Assembly (NCBI GenBank): GCA_963701965.1
Contig: OY969695.1
Span: forward strand, 896,001 to 960,000
Source of the DNA: an uncultured Gemmatimonadales bacterium
GTDB taxonomy: Bacteria; Gemmatimonadota; Gemmatimonadetes; Gemmatimonadales; Gemmatimonadaceae
DNA length: 64,000 nucleotides
Reading direction: 5' to 3'
The notes under the pieces are model-generated. The model did not search any database and was not told the origin of the DNA. It saw nothing but the letters and a program-made list of their open reading frames with translations. A program made the position numbers and the translations under genes. Positions 43,272 through 51,976 of this stretch are shown in pieces. Positions within the stretch are counted from its first letter, which is position 1, and every line of letters starts with the position of its first letter.

Positions 43272-43455
43272 TCGTCGCACCGCGCTCGTTCCGTCCGCTG
43301 TCCAGCGTTCCCTCGCATTGGGGGAAGGCACCGTACACTGGGAGACGCTGCCGTCCACCGTCCGGTCCGCGGTCCTCGAGATGTGGGTCGCCCTGCTCGC
43401 GGCCCACGTTGCCCAGGCGTCAACCGCAGCCGTGATGACGGAGCCGACCCCGTGA
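43264..43455 (+). CDS. Small accessory protein of the recombinase element
   Basis: 63 aa, overlaps both neighbours; WETLPSTVRSAVLEMWVALL. Confidence 0.6.
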   Translation: MSDRRTALVPSAVQRSLALGEGTVHWETLPSTVRSAVLEMWVALLAAHVAQASTAAVMTEPTP

Positions 43456-45564
43456 CCGGCGCGAAGATCACCCCACCCATGTCGGCCGAACCGCGTACGT
43501 GTACGTGCGCCAGTCGACAATGACGCAGGTGCACGATAACCGGGAGAGTCAGCGGCGGCAGTACGAGCTCGCCGACCACGCCCGGACGCTCGGCTGGACG
43601 CAGGTGGAGGTCATCGACGACGATCTCGGTCGGTCGGGCAGCGGCCGGGTCGCGCGGCCTGGCTTCGAACGACTGGTCTCCGCCGTCTGCCTGGAAGAAG
43701 TCGGTGCCGTGCTCGCGCTGGAAGTCTCTCGTCTCGCGCGCAACAGTCGCGACTGGGCGCATCTCGTTGACCTGTGCGGGCTCACCAGCACACTGATCAT
43801 CGACGGCGAGGGGATCTACGATCCGCGGGACTTCAACGATCGCCTCCTCCTGGGCCTCAAGGGGACGATGAGCGAGTGGGAACTGGGCGTCCTCCGCCAA
43901 CGCTCGCTCGCCGCCCTCAAGCAGAAGGCGGAGCGGGGCGAACTGTACACCAGCGTCGCGATCGGCTTCCTGCGCACGCGCGACGCCGCCGGCACCAGTC
44001 GGGTCGAACTCGATCCCGATCTCCGGATCCAGGAGGCGATCCGCGGCGTGTTCCGCAGCTTCGCGCGGACCGGGAGCGTGCGCCAGACGCTGCTCTGGTT
44101 CCGGAGCGAACGGATCGCGCTGCCCGCCGTGCGCTATGGCCCATTCGGCCGTGCCGTCGAGTGGAAGGTTCCGGTCTACGGCACGGTGCACAAGATGCTG
44201 ACCAACCCGATCTACGCCGGCGCGTACGCGTACGGTCGGACGACCACGCGGACGACCGTGGCGAACGGACGTGCCGAGAAGCGCCGCGGCGCCCACACCG
44301 CGCGGGCCGACTGGGCGGTCTTGCTGCGGGACCACCATCCGGGCTATATCGACTGGAGCGAGTACGAGGCGCATCAGGCGACGATCGCGGAGAACGCGCA
44401 GATGAAGGGACTCCTGGGTGGTCGCGGTGCGCCGCGGCGCGGCATCGCTCTCCTGGCCGGACTGCTCCGCTGTCGTCGGTGCGGACGTCGGCTGCATGTG
44501 ACGTATAGCGGGACCAACGGGACCGTGCGCCGCTACGCGTGCCAGGGCGCGGCGATCAACCACGGGACCGACAAGTGTCTCTCGTTCGGCGGGCGCGTCG
44601 TCGAGGCGGCGGTTGAGGCGGCCGTGCTGACGGTCATCGCGCCGGGCGCGATCGAGGCGGCGATCGGGCATCCGCACAGGCCGATACGGCCCACGAGGAA
44701 CGCGGGGCGCAGGCGCGACTGCGCGTCGAGCAGGCCCGGTACGAGGCCGAGCGTGCGCGGCGCCAGTACGATGCGGTCGATCCCGCGTACCGCCTCGTCG
44801 CGGCCGAGCTGGAGCGACGGTGGAACGCGGCACTCGCCGCGCTGGCCGAGGCGGAGCGCGTGCTGGCCGGCCTCGAGGCCACGACGGCCACCACGCGGCC
44901 CGTCGACCACCGGTCGCTGCTCGCGCTGGCCGATGATCTGCCCGCCGTGTGGCACGACGCGCGCACGGACGTCCGACTGAAGAAGCGGATCGTGCGCGTG
45001 CTGATCGAGGAGATCCTTGTCGATGTCGATATGGGCGCCGCGCAGGTCCAGGGCGTCATCCGGTGGGCCGGCGGACAGCATAGCATGATCACCGTGCGGA
45101 AGAACCGGACCGGCGAGCATCGCCGCACGACCGATCGCGACGTCGTCGCCTTGGTGCGCCAGCTCGTCGCGGTCCTGCCCAATGGCCCGATCGCGGCCGT
45201 CCTCAACCGGCTGGGATACCAGACCGGCAAGGGTAACACGTGGACGGCGAGCCGCGTCGTCGGACTGCGCCACTACTACGAGATCCCCGTCCACGACGTC
45301 GAACGCAAGGCGCGCGAGGGTCTCCTGACGCTGGAAGAGGCGGCGGCCCGCACGGGCGTGAGTCCCTCGAGCGTCCGGCGCTGCATCGCCGACGGACTGC
45401 TGCCGGCCACGCAGGTCGTCGCGTATGCCCCGTGGGTGATCCGGTCCGCGGATCTCGACGTGCCGGCTGTCGCTACCGCGCTCGAACGCGTCCGCACCAG
45501 TCCCCGCGCCCCGCGGCGCATGGACCGCACGCAGCTAAGTCTCGACCCACCATCCACATCGTGA
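43452..45564 (+). CDS. Large serine recombinase (homopolymer indels at about 43472 and 44667)
   Basis: AYVYVRQS catalytic motif, SRLARN, recombinase domain, LLAGLLRCRRCG zinc ribbon, coiled coil, C-terminal HTH. Confidence 0.93.
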
Positions 45565-45589
45565 GGTGACGTAGTATGTCGCTGGATCG

Positions 45590-45925
45590 GGTGGTCCGAG
45601 GAGCACGACGTTCTCCTTCCGCTCGACGAAGCCCAGGGTGTGGAGACTCTCGATCTGCTCCCGCTTGAGCGAAGGCTGGAAGGTGAAGTCGAAGTCCGCG
45701 AGCGTCTTCACGGCCGGGAGGCGAGAGGAGCGCATCGCCGCTTCCAGCCGACGGTTGTTGCGCAACCCGATCTGTGCGCCGAGCAGGGCTTCGAGTGCGG
45801 CCGCGGCGGGGAGGCTGCCCGCGTCCACGCGCTGGAGGACGGTATCGAGCGCTTCCAAGGCCCTTGGCATCTTGAGGTCGGCGAGTTGCGCGCGCAGGCG
45901 CTCGCGGACGGTCAGCCCCGGTCAT
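45590..45925 (-). pseudogene. istB: IstB ATPase, 5' fragment
   Basis: LADLKMP, KTLADFDFTFQPSL, ENVVLLGPP; ATGA overlap with istA; indel in a G4 run near the start. Confidence 0.9.
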
Positions 45926-46947
45926 GAGACGGCCTCCGCGAGCGCGGCGTACGCGGCGAGCGGGCGGCGTTCGACGACGACTATGCGGGTCGGGATGGGG
46001 GCCGCCTGGGGATCGCCGGGCCCGGCAGGCGGGACGCCCCGCGGATACGGGCGGGGCGCGAGCGGCTGGAGCGCGGGCCGCTCGTCACGCTCGAAGCGGA
46101 CGCGCGGCGCTTCCCGCGTCGTCCCGTGCACCCGCACGTTCGCGGTCGCCTCGAGCCAGGTGCGCGCCTGCGCGGCGAGATCGGCGTCGCCCAGGAAGTC
46201 GCGCCCGTAGAGGAAGTTCCGCCGCACATAGCTCACCGGCCGCTCGACCTTCCCCTTCGTCTGGGCCCGATACGGGCGACAGGCGCGGATCCGGAACCCC
46301 CAGTGGGCGGCGACCCGCAGGAACTCGGCGTTCTCGAGGAGTCGCCCGCCCTCAGGCCGCCGATCCTCGACGACCACGGCCCGCATCTGATCGAACAGCA
46401 CCTCGCGCGGGACGCCACCGAAGTAACCGAACGCCGTCTCCAACCCGTCGATCACGGCGGCCATCGTCTGCCGCGGGTAGAAGCCGAGCCAGAGGAGCCG
46501 CGAGTAGCCGAGGACGACGAGTAAGGCGTAGCGGCGGCCCCACGGGAAGCGGACCGTGGCGAAGTCGAGCTGCGCCTGCACGCCCGGTGGTGTCTCGAAC
46601 CGGACGATCGGTTCGGGCTCGGGGCGTGGGCGCACCCGGGCGACGTAGTCGCGCAGCTGCGTGATGCCACCGTCGTACCCGGCGGCGCGGACCTCCTCGA
46701 ACAAGCGCACGGCGCTGAGCTCGGGGTACGTCGCGAGCCGGGCGTCGATGATCGGCTGATAGCGCGCCAACTTCCCGGGCGCCGCCCGGCGGATCCGGGG
46801 TGCCGTCACCTCCCGATCGAGCTGGCCCGTCTGGAGCCAGTGATAAATCACGCGGCGACTGACACCGAGCTGCGCGGCGATCGCCGTCTTCGAGAGTCCC
46901 TCGTCCAGCATCTGTCTGAGTAGCACGAGTCGATCCGCTCCGTACAC
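45922..46947 (-). CDS. istA: IS21 transposase IstA
   Basis: HTH; RFETPPGVQAQLDF, LGYSR, FGGVPREVLFDQM, CRPYRAQTKGKVER. Confidence 0.96.
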   Translation of the reverse strand: MYGADRLVLLRQMLDEGLSKTAIAAQLGVSRRVIYHWLQTGQLDREVTAPRIRRAAPGKLARYQPIIDARLATYPELSAVRLFEEVRAAGYDGGITQLRDYVARVRPRPEPEPIVRFETPPGVQAQLDFATVRFPWGRRYALLVVLGYSRLLWLGFYPRQTMAAVIDGLETAFGYFGGVPREVLFDQMRAVVVEDRRPEGGRLLENAEFLRVAAHWGFRIRACRPYRAQTKGKVERPVSYVRRNFLYGRDFLGDADLAAQARTWLEATANVRVHGTTREAPRVRFERDERPALQPLAPRPYPRGVPPAGPGDPQAAPIPTRIVVVERRPLAAYAALAEAVS

Positions 46948-47331
46948 TGCGTCTCCCCAGCAGAGGAGACGGGAACGTGGCACCGATCGGCGCGATGCCG
47001 AGGCCGGCGCTCGACCCGAGCTGGCCTGACACCCCGCCCTAGGACTGGAGTGGACTGTGCAACTTCAACCGGTGAAAGTGCGCAATCTCACATTGGTGAT
47101 GACAACGTGTCGCCCAGCGCGCCGTAGAGCACTCCTCGGGTCCGTAGTGGTGCAGCCCGACCCTCCTCAACGGGCCGCGTGTCGCAGAGTCGGCACGCCA
47201 ATGCTGCGCGCGGACCAACCGCAACCGGTCGCAACCGGTGTCCGCGGTCGCGGCAGTCCACCACTCCGAGGTGTTTTGGTGGCCGTAGGGCTCGGGCCCG
47301 CTTCCCGCGTCGCCGACCTCGGAAAGGACAC

Positions 47332-47529
47332 TCAGCGCGCTCCCTCCGTCGTTCCCACCTCATGGAACGCGATGCGAACCTGGAGCTGCGCGTAGGCCAC
47401 ATCCGGGTCAGGACGCTCTCCCTGTGGCCAGGGCCACCGGGCCAGCAAGTCGTTCAGGTCCGCCCAGCGTTGCTCTCGCTCCAATCGCGTCAGCCGGCGC
47501 GCTAGCAAATCATCATTCGCGTCCCACAT
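47332..47529 (-). CDS. Small hypothetical protein
   Basis: Overlaps the upstream ORF in an operon-like run. Confidence 0.35.
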   Translation of the reverse strand: MWDANDDLLARRLTRLEREQRWADLNDLLARWPWPQGERPDPDVAYAQLQVRIAFHEVGTTEGAR

Positions 47530-47804
47530 GTGTCACATCCTGGGCTGGGCCCCCGCGAACGCCTATCGCAGGATGTCGCCTGCGTCCAGCCCGAGGCGTA
47601 CCCCAAGGCTTCGCCGTCCGCTGTGATCTTGAAAGCAATCGGATTGCCGGCAGCGTCGCGAACCACTTCGGCCAGTCCCAACGCGCCCAGCTCTTCGCCG
47701 GCCAGGTTGATCCGCTCGATCTCCTCGTCCCGGCGCTTGCGGCGTGCGCCAACCTGGTCGTGGCTCGTGCCCTTCGCCCTTTGCTTCTTACGGGGGTTGC
47801 TCAC
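47502..47804 (-). CDS. Hypothetical protein
   Basis: GTGA overlap with the upstream HTH gene. Confidence 0.5.
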   Translation of the reverse strand: MSNPRKKQRAKGTSHDQVGARRKRRDEEIERINLAGEELGALGLAEVVRDAAGNPIAFKITADGEALGYASGWTQATSCDRRSRGPSPGCDTCGTRMMIC

Positions 47805-48406
47805 GATGAGACTCCCGGATGGGTTGCATGGCCTGGGTTGCTCACGGAGTGACCCTGCATCCGGTTAGGACTGGTTCCTGACATTGGCGACACTGGCGCG
47901 GTTGAGCGTACGGACGGGAATAGGTCTTCGACAGGCCTGTCCAAGAACGCGGCGATACGGGCCCTGAGAGCATCACTCCCTTGTCGCTGACGCGTCAGCA
48001 CGCACACCAGGTGGTTGTAACTCGACTGAAGTTTTCTAGCCGCCACTGGGCCCGACATCTTCAGCCCGGCCAGCCGCTCATTGAATGCCTTCATGTTTGG
48101 GTGTGACGCTGCCGGCTGCGACTGGCGGTCGAGCGCTAACGCCGCACGTCGTCTGGCACGCCGTTGTTCCAGCCCCGGAAAGATCTGATCCTCGGGCACA
48201 CCAAGGAATCTGGCGAGTCGATCTCTAAGCCCTGGCGACGCGAACCGCTTGCCACTGAGGACTAGCTGCAGGTGCGCGTAGGAAACGCCGAGCCACACAG
48301 CCGCTTTGGCTCCCGTCAGTCCGCTGTACGAGATGATCGCCTGAAAGAGTGCAATCCGCTCTCTGTCCGTGAAGCCGGCGGCGCCGACATTGGGAAGAAT
48401 TCGCAT
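47801..48406 (-). CDS. Tandem two-domain Cro/XRE-like HTH protein
   Basis: TGAKAAVWLGVSYAHLQLVLSGKR and SGPVAARKLQSSYNHLVCVLTRQR internal duplication. Confidence 0.75.
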   Translation of the reverse strand: MRILPNVGAAGFTDRERIALFQAIISYSGLTGAKAAVWLGVSYAHLQLVLSGKRFASPGLRDRLARFLGVPEDQIFPGLEQRRARRRAALALDRQSQPAASHPNMKAFNERLAGLKMSGPVAARKLQSSYNHLVCVLTRQRQGSDALRARIAAFLDRPVEDLFPSVRSTAPVSPMSGTSPNRMQGHSVSNPGHATHPGVSS

Positions 48407-48481
48407 TGAGGCTGGTGTGCAACAGGATGGATGGTGGTGTCCGCGATCGGCGGGGTCTCGATCACGAGTGACGGCGTCGTT

Positions 48482-48772
48482 CTATGACGCCTTGGCTCGG
48501 GGCGTTGGTCGGCCGCCACCGCGCTTCCTCGGCAGCGGATCAGCCTGGTGCAATGCCTTGCCAAGTTCTTCCCAATTGATGCCGAGGCCGACGCACAAGG
48601 CGCGCAGCTTCCGAAATCCGATGTTCCGTTCCCCCCGTTCGACCGCACCCACGAAACCGCGATCGATGTGGGCCTCATAGGCGAAGCGTTCTTGCGAGTA
48701 ACCCGCCGCGCGACGAAAGGCACGTATGACCTCCGCCAGCGCCGCGAGTTCGTCATATCGCTCTACAGCCAT
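48482..48772 (-). CDS. XRE-family regulator (C-protein-like)
   Basis: IRAFRRAAGYSQERFAYEAHIDRGFVGAVERGERNI. Confidence 0.9.
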   Translation of the reverse strand: MAVERYDELAALAEVIRAFRRAAGYSQERFAYEAHIDRGFVGAVERGERNIGFRKLRALCVGLGINWEELGKALHQADPLPRKRGGGRPTPRAKAS

Positions 48773-48889
48773 GTTGCTTCTTGGTGCTCCAGATCAGAAG
48801 TGAGAGGGGGCGGTGGCGCATGTCAACGAACCATGCCCTCATGACGGTTCACGGTAACACGGATCGCGACGTATCGCGAATGTTCATAT

Positions 48890-48949
48890 GTCTACCAATC
48901 GGCGGACGACTGACTGGCGGTCTACCGATTGGCGGTCGACCAAAAGGCC
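48890..48949. repeat. Four imperfect 15-bp tandem repeats; probable operator array
   Basis: GTCTACCAATCGGCG / GACGACTGACTGGCG / GTCTACCGATTGGCG / GTCGACCAAAAGGCC between divergent XRE genes. Confidence 0.75.
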
Positions 48950-48971
48950 CCCACGCGCTAATCTCGCGGCC

Positions 48972-49241
48972 GTGTCGAACCGCTCAGAGCTGCTTGCCAT
49001 TGGCCAAAGCCTGCGCAGCCTCCGTGAGGCCGCCGGAATGACGCAGGAAGACCTTGCAGAGGCGGCCGATCTCCACCGCACCGAGATCGGTCGGTTTGAA
49101 CGGGCCGAGCGGAATATCGGCATCTTGACCGTCCGCAGAGTCCTCGCCGCCCTGGGCAAGTCGTGGATTGACCTGGGGCGGGAGCTAGAGGCCCGTGACC
49201 CGTTGAACCGGGCTACTCGCCGGAGCGGTCGCCGCGCTTAG
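48972..49241 (+). CDS. XRE-family regulator (C-protein-like)
   Basis: IGQSLRSLREAAGMTQEDLAEAADLHRTEIGRFERAERNI; GTG start chosen downstream of the repeats. Confidence 0.9.
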   Translation: MSNRSELLAIGQSLRSLREAAGMTQEDLAEAADLHRTEIGRFERAERNIGILTVRRVLAALGKSWIDLGRELEARDPLNRATRRSGRRA

Positions 49242-49245
49242 GCAG

Positions 49246-49263
49246 CATTGCAGTTCTGCAATG
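49246..49263. promoter_or_regulatory. Palindromic operator candidate upstream of the TPR gene
   Basis: Perfect CATTGCAG-TT-CTGCAATG. Confidence 0.65.
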
Positions 49264-49366
49264 TTCCGCGCATGGGTCATTTGAGCCTATTGCGATCGTA
49301 GTTGGCGCCATAAGTTCATGCGCCGCGCGGATTGGACTTTCATCACGCGACGGCGCAATCGATCCC

Positions 49367-50653
49367 TTGGCCTGGACAGACCTGTGGCGGACGAACGGTC
49401 CCTCTTTCTATTCCGATGAACCCCTCCTCCGTCATAGCGCATTCTTCGCGACGGCGGCGACGACCCCAGACGATTCCCCCGAGTTCGAGCTACTCACCGT
49501 TGGCCTGCTGGTGCTGCGTCTGCTCGACCGATGGCGGGCACGCGACACAACGGACCGGGACGTCAAGTTCAGCGAATTCATCGCCGTCAAACGCCGCGTG
49601 GAGGCCATGTCGGAGGGGCCGGCGAGGCGGATATTGGCGGAGCTAGTCAACACGATCAGCGCCTTTGCCTACGGCCGCTCCGACTCTCGGATGGCCACGC
49701 TGCTCGCCTTTGCCGAAATCCTCGAACACGCCAGCCAATGGGAACCGGCCGCGGACACTTACCGCACCGCCATTGACTTGGCCGGCGATCGGATCGCGGA
49801 CCGCGAGCTGCTGCCACGGGCGTACGATCGCGCCGCCTACTGCATCCGACTGGTCGGTCGTCTCGATGAAGCGCTCGAATTGGTGAACGAGGGGAGCGCC
49901 ATCGCGGCTGAGATCCGCGACCCCTATTGGGCGCTGCGTTTGCGTATCAACGCCGCCCTGATCGAAGTGCGGAAGGGAAATCTGCCGGAGGCCGAATTCC
50001 AGTTGGACGCGATCGTCGAGGATGCCGAGACCACAGGTCAGCTCGAGATGGTGGCGTGGGGCAAGCATGAACGGGGACACGTGGCCTACGAGAGGAACGA
50101 GAACGAACTGGCCGCCACGCTATTCCACGCCGCGAGCCTCGGACATACCGATCCTGCGCGCGTCCAGCGCGCGGTCCTTGACCTGGCGCTGGCCCTGGCG
50201 GATCTGGGCCACATTGGGCACGCGCAGCGGGCCTACCAGGTCGTGCGTAACGCCAGGGAAGACCACGACGGCATACGGGCGTTGGCCGGAATCAACTTGA
50301 TGCGACTCGCCCACATGACCGACGACCGGGCGCCCTTTGAGCAGCTCCGTCGCGAGCTGGGGAGTGAGCGCATGACGGGCCGGTTGCGAGCGCACTATCA
50401 CCTGATTGCCGGGCAAGGACTACGGCGGTTCGGCGATCCGGATGGGGCTCGTGCCGCATTTCAGCGCGCCATTGAAGTGGCCGAACAGTTCAAGGTGTTC
50501 AAGCTCGTCGTCGAAGCTGAGGCGCTACTCAACGCGACTGGGGACGAGCGCCCGCGGCCGAGAAAGACGAAAGCGGGCGCCAGGGCACTGGCTCCGATTC
50601 TGGCCGACATTGACCAGAGGCGCGGACCGTTCGCAGGGGCGGCACAAGACTGA
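49367..50653 (+). CDS. Cytoplasmic TPR-like all-helical protein
   Basis: Repeats WEPAADTYRTA, GRLDEALEL, GNLPEAEFQL, GDPDGARAAFQRAIEVA; no signal peptide; start uncertain. Confidence 0.8.
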   Translation: MAWTDLWRTNGPSFYSDEPLLRHSAFFATAATTPDDSPEFELLTVGLLVLRLLDRWRARDTTDRDVKFSEFIAVKRRVEAMSEGPARRILAELVNTISAFAYGRSDSRMATLLAFAEILEHASQWEPAADTYRTAIDLAGDRIADRELLPRAYDRAAYCIRLVGRLDEALELVNEGSAIAAEIRDPYWALRLRINAALIEVRKGNLPEAEFQLDAIVEDAETTGQLEMVAWGKHERGHVAYERNENELAATLFHAASLGHTDPARVQRAVLDLALALADLGHIGHAQRAYQVVRNAREDHDGIRALAGINLMRLAHMTDDRAPFEQLRRELGSERMTGRLRAHYHLIAGQGLRRFGDPDGARAAFQRAIEVAEQFKVFKLVVEAEALLNATGDERPRPRKTKAGARALAPILADIDQRRGPFAGAAQD

Positions 50654-50678
50654 CCGCCCCCGCGAAGCGCTCGCTAGG

Positions 50679-50807
50679 TTAGCACTGGCCCGTCCCTGCG
50701 ACCACGCCGCCACCGCAGGCCCGTTGAGGGGCCGTGACTGATCCACAGGCGGCCAGCGCAAGGGTAGCGATGGCCAGGACGATGCGGCGGGCGATGATGT
50801 TTGACAT
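50679..50807 (-). CDS. 42-aa secreted lipopeptide precursor (not in ORF track)
   Basis: SD GGAGAG; MSNIIARRIVLAIATLALAA-CGSVTAPQRACGGGVVAGTGQC; basic n-region, h-region, lipobox LAAC. Confidence 0.8.
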   Translation of the reverse strand: MSNIIARRIVLAIATLALAACGSVTAPQRACGGGVVAGTGQC

Positions 50808-50926
50808 GGGATGTCTCTCCGTAGAGGGTGACCAACCGCTCGGGATTGAGCGTGGTTCTCAACGGTAGATCGCCATGGCTGATGCGAGAATACCCACAGC
50901 GTTCGTGCATTATTGCGCCTGACCGA

Positions 50927-50940
50927 TTGCAGTCCTGCAA
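50927..50940. promoter_or_regulatory. Palindromic operator candidate upstream of the peptide gene
   Basis: TTGCAG-TC-CTGCAA, same as the 49248-61 motif. Confidence 0.65.
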
Positions 50941-50949
50941 GGTATGAGT

Positions 50950-51297
50950 CTACGACTCGGCGTTGCGTGGTGGACCAGGCGTATAGTGCCTGGCGCCATC
51001 AAATCGGCCGCGGGCTGGCCACGCCGCCTTCCGGAGCTGGGCCGCTAGCACGTCGACGGTGAGACCCCGAGGCTCGTCCCGGTCGAACTTGTAGCTCCGC
51101 TGCTCGCCGCCCTCGCCAACGAAGTACCGCGAACTCGCCCGATGGTCGCCGAGCGGCACGATTCGGCGCTTGAACGGCGCGGCGTGCGGCGGTCCGTAGG
51201 CGACGTCGTGCACCCGCCAGCGGTCGTTCCGATGGTCGACGAAGTACAGCCTGCCGTCTGGGGTAGTCTCGACGGCTGGCTTTCGTGGCATTGCCAT
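50950..51297 (-). CDS. Small hypothetical protein
   Basis: LYFVDHRNDRWRVHD...RYFV...LAAQLRKA; same strand and upstream of the peptide gene. Confidence 0.6.
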   Translation of the reverse strand: MAMPRKPAVETTPDGRLYFVDHRNDRWRVHDVAYGPPHAAPFKRRIVPLGDHRASSRYFVGEGGEQRSYKFDRDEPRGLTVDVLAAQLRKAAWPARGRFDGARHYTPGPPRNAES

Positions 51298-51411
51298 ATG
51301 GCAAGGACACCGACGGCGGACCGCGGTGCGGCCTCCCGAAAGAGTGCCGGCTCTTGCCTAGGCATCAGCAGAGTCGCATTGTAGCGACCCCAACCACAAG
51401 GACCGCCAGAA

Positions 51412-51972
51412 GTGCCTTCGCTAGCATACGCGCTGTTAGTTACGATGGCGTCATCGCAGGCCATTGCGCAGTCCAATTTCGGCACTGCCGCGACCGCGCC
51501 CGTGGATACCACCACGCCCGAACCGAAGGCAGCTAAGGCGCCTCGGCAGCGATCGATCAGTGTGGTTCTGCCATTTGTGAAGGACAAGGCTAGCGATTTC
51601 GTCGCCGGCGCGCTGCTCGACGCCGGGTACCAGATCGCTTCCACATCACCCGCCCTCATTGAAACGGCGGAATTGCCTCGATACGGGAACACGGCTGGCC
51701 TGGTGATCCGCGTGAACACCATTGGTTTTGCGTCCGGGGATTCGACCCGTGTCGTAGTTACCGGAACATTTTTCAACGACATGGCGTTGCGCCTCACCCG
51801 CGTCCTTGCGGGCAACCAGGCATTGCACGACATGCACGCCGGAGAGAGCCAACCGGTCGAGTCCTATTCCGGCGGCCTTCAGGCGAAATTGTGGAAACGG
51901 CTATCGGACGTCGCCGACGCGGTCACCAAAGCTGGCGGCGGTCACTCACTCGCCGCTCCACCGACACGGTGA
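51412..51972 (+). CDS. Exported hypothetical protein
   Basis: Signal peptide ending AIA-Q. Confidence 0.55.
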   Translation: MPSLAYALLVTMASSQAIAQSNFGTAATAPVDTTTPEPKAAKAPRQRSISVVLPFVKDKASDFVAGALLDAGYQIASTSPALIETAELPRYGNTAGLVIRVNTIGFASGDSTRVVVTGTFFNDMALRLTRVLAGNQALHDMHAGESQPVESYSGGLQAKLWKRLSDVADAVTKAGGGHSLAAPPTR

Positions 51973-51976
51973 TATC

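Larger units (their letters stand above)
42936..45591 (+). mobile_element. Minimal large-serine-recombinase element inserted in istB
   Basis: GG core at 42934-35 and 45590-91; removal restores LLGPPGVGKS; joined ends form the dyad ATGTCGCTGGATCG-GG-CGGTACAACGACAT. Confidence 0.9.
42371..47104 (-). mobile_element. IS21-family insertion sequence containing a nested element
   Basis: Ends TGTCAACACC.../...GGTGATGACA with internal CCGG-N-GAA-N-TTGCACA repeats; 5-bp TSD ACGTG at 42366-70 and 47105-09; istA and istB. Confidence 0.95.

Noticed and set aside
47105..47402. Gene interrupted by the IS21 insertion
   Set aside because: Rejoining the flanks gives only short frames with no recognisable family.
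48890..48949. Mini CRISPR array
   Set aside because: Units are 15 bp, contiguous, have no spacers, and there are no cas genes.
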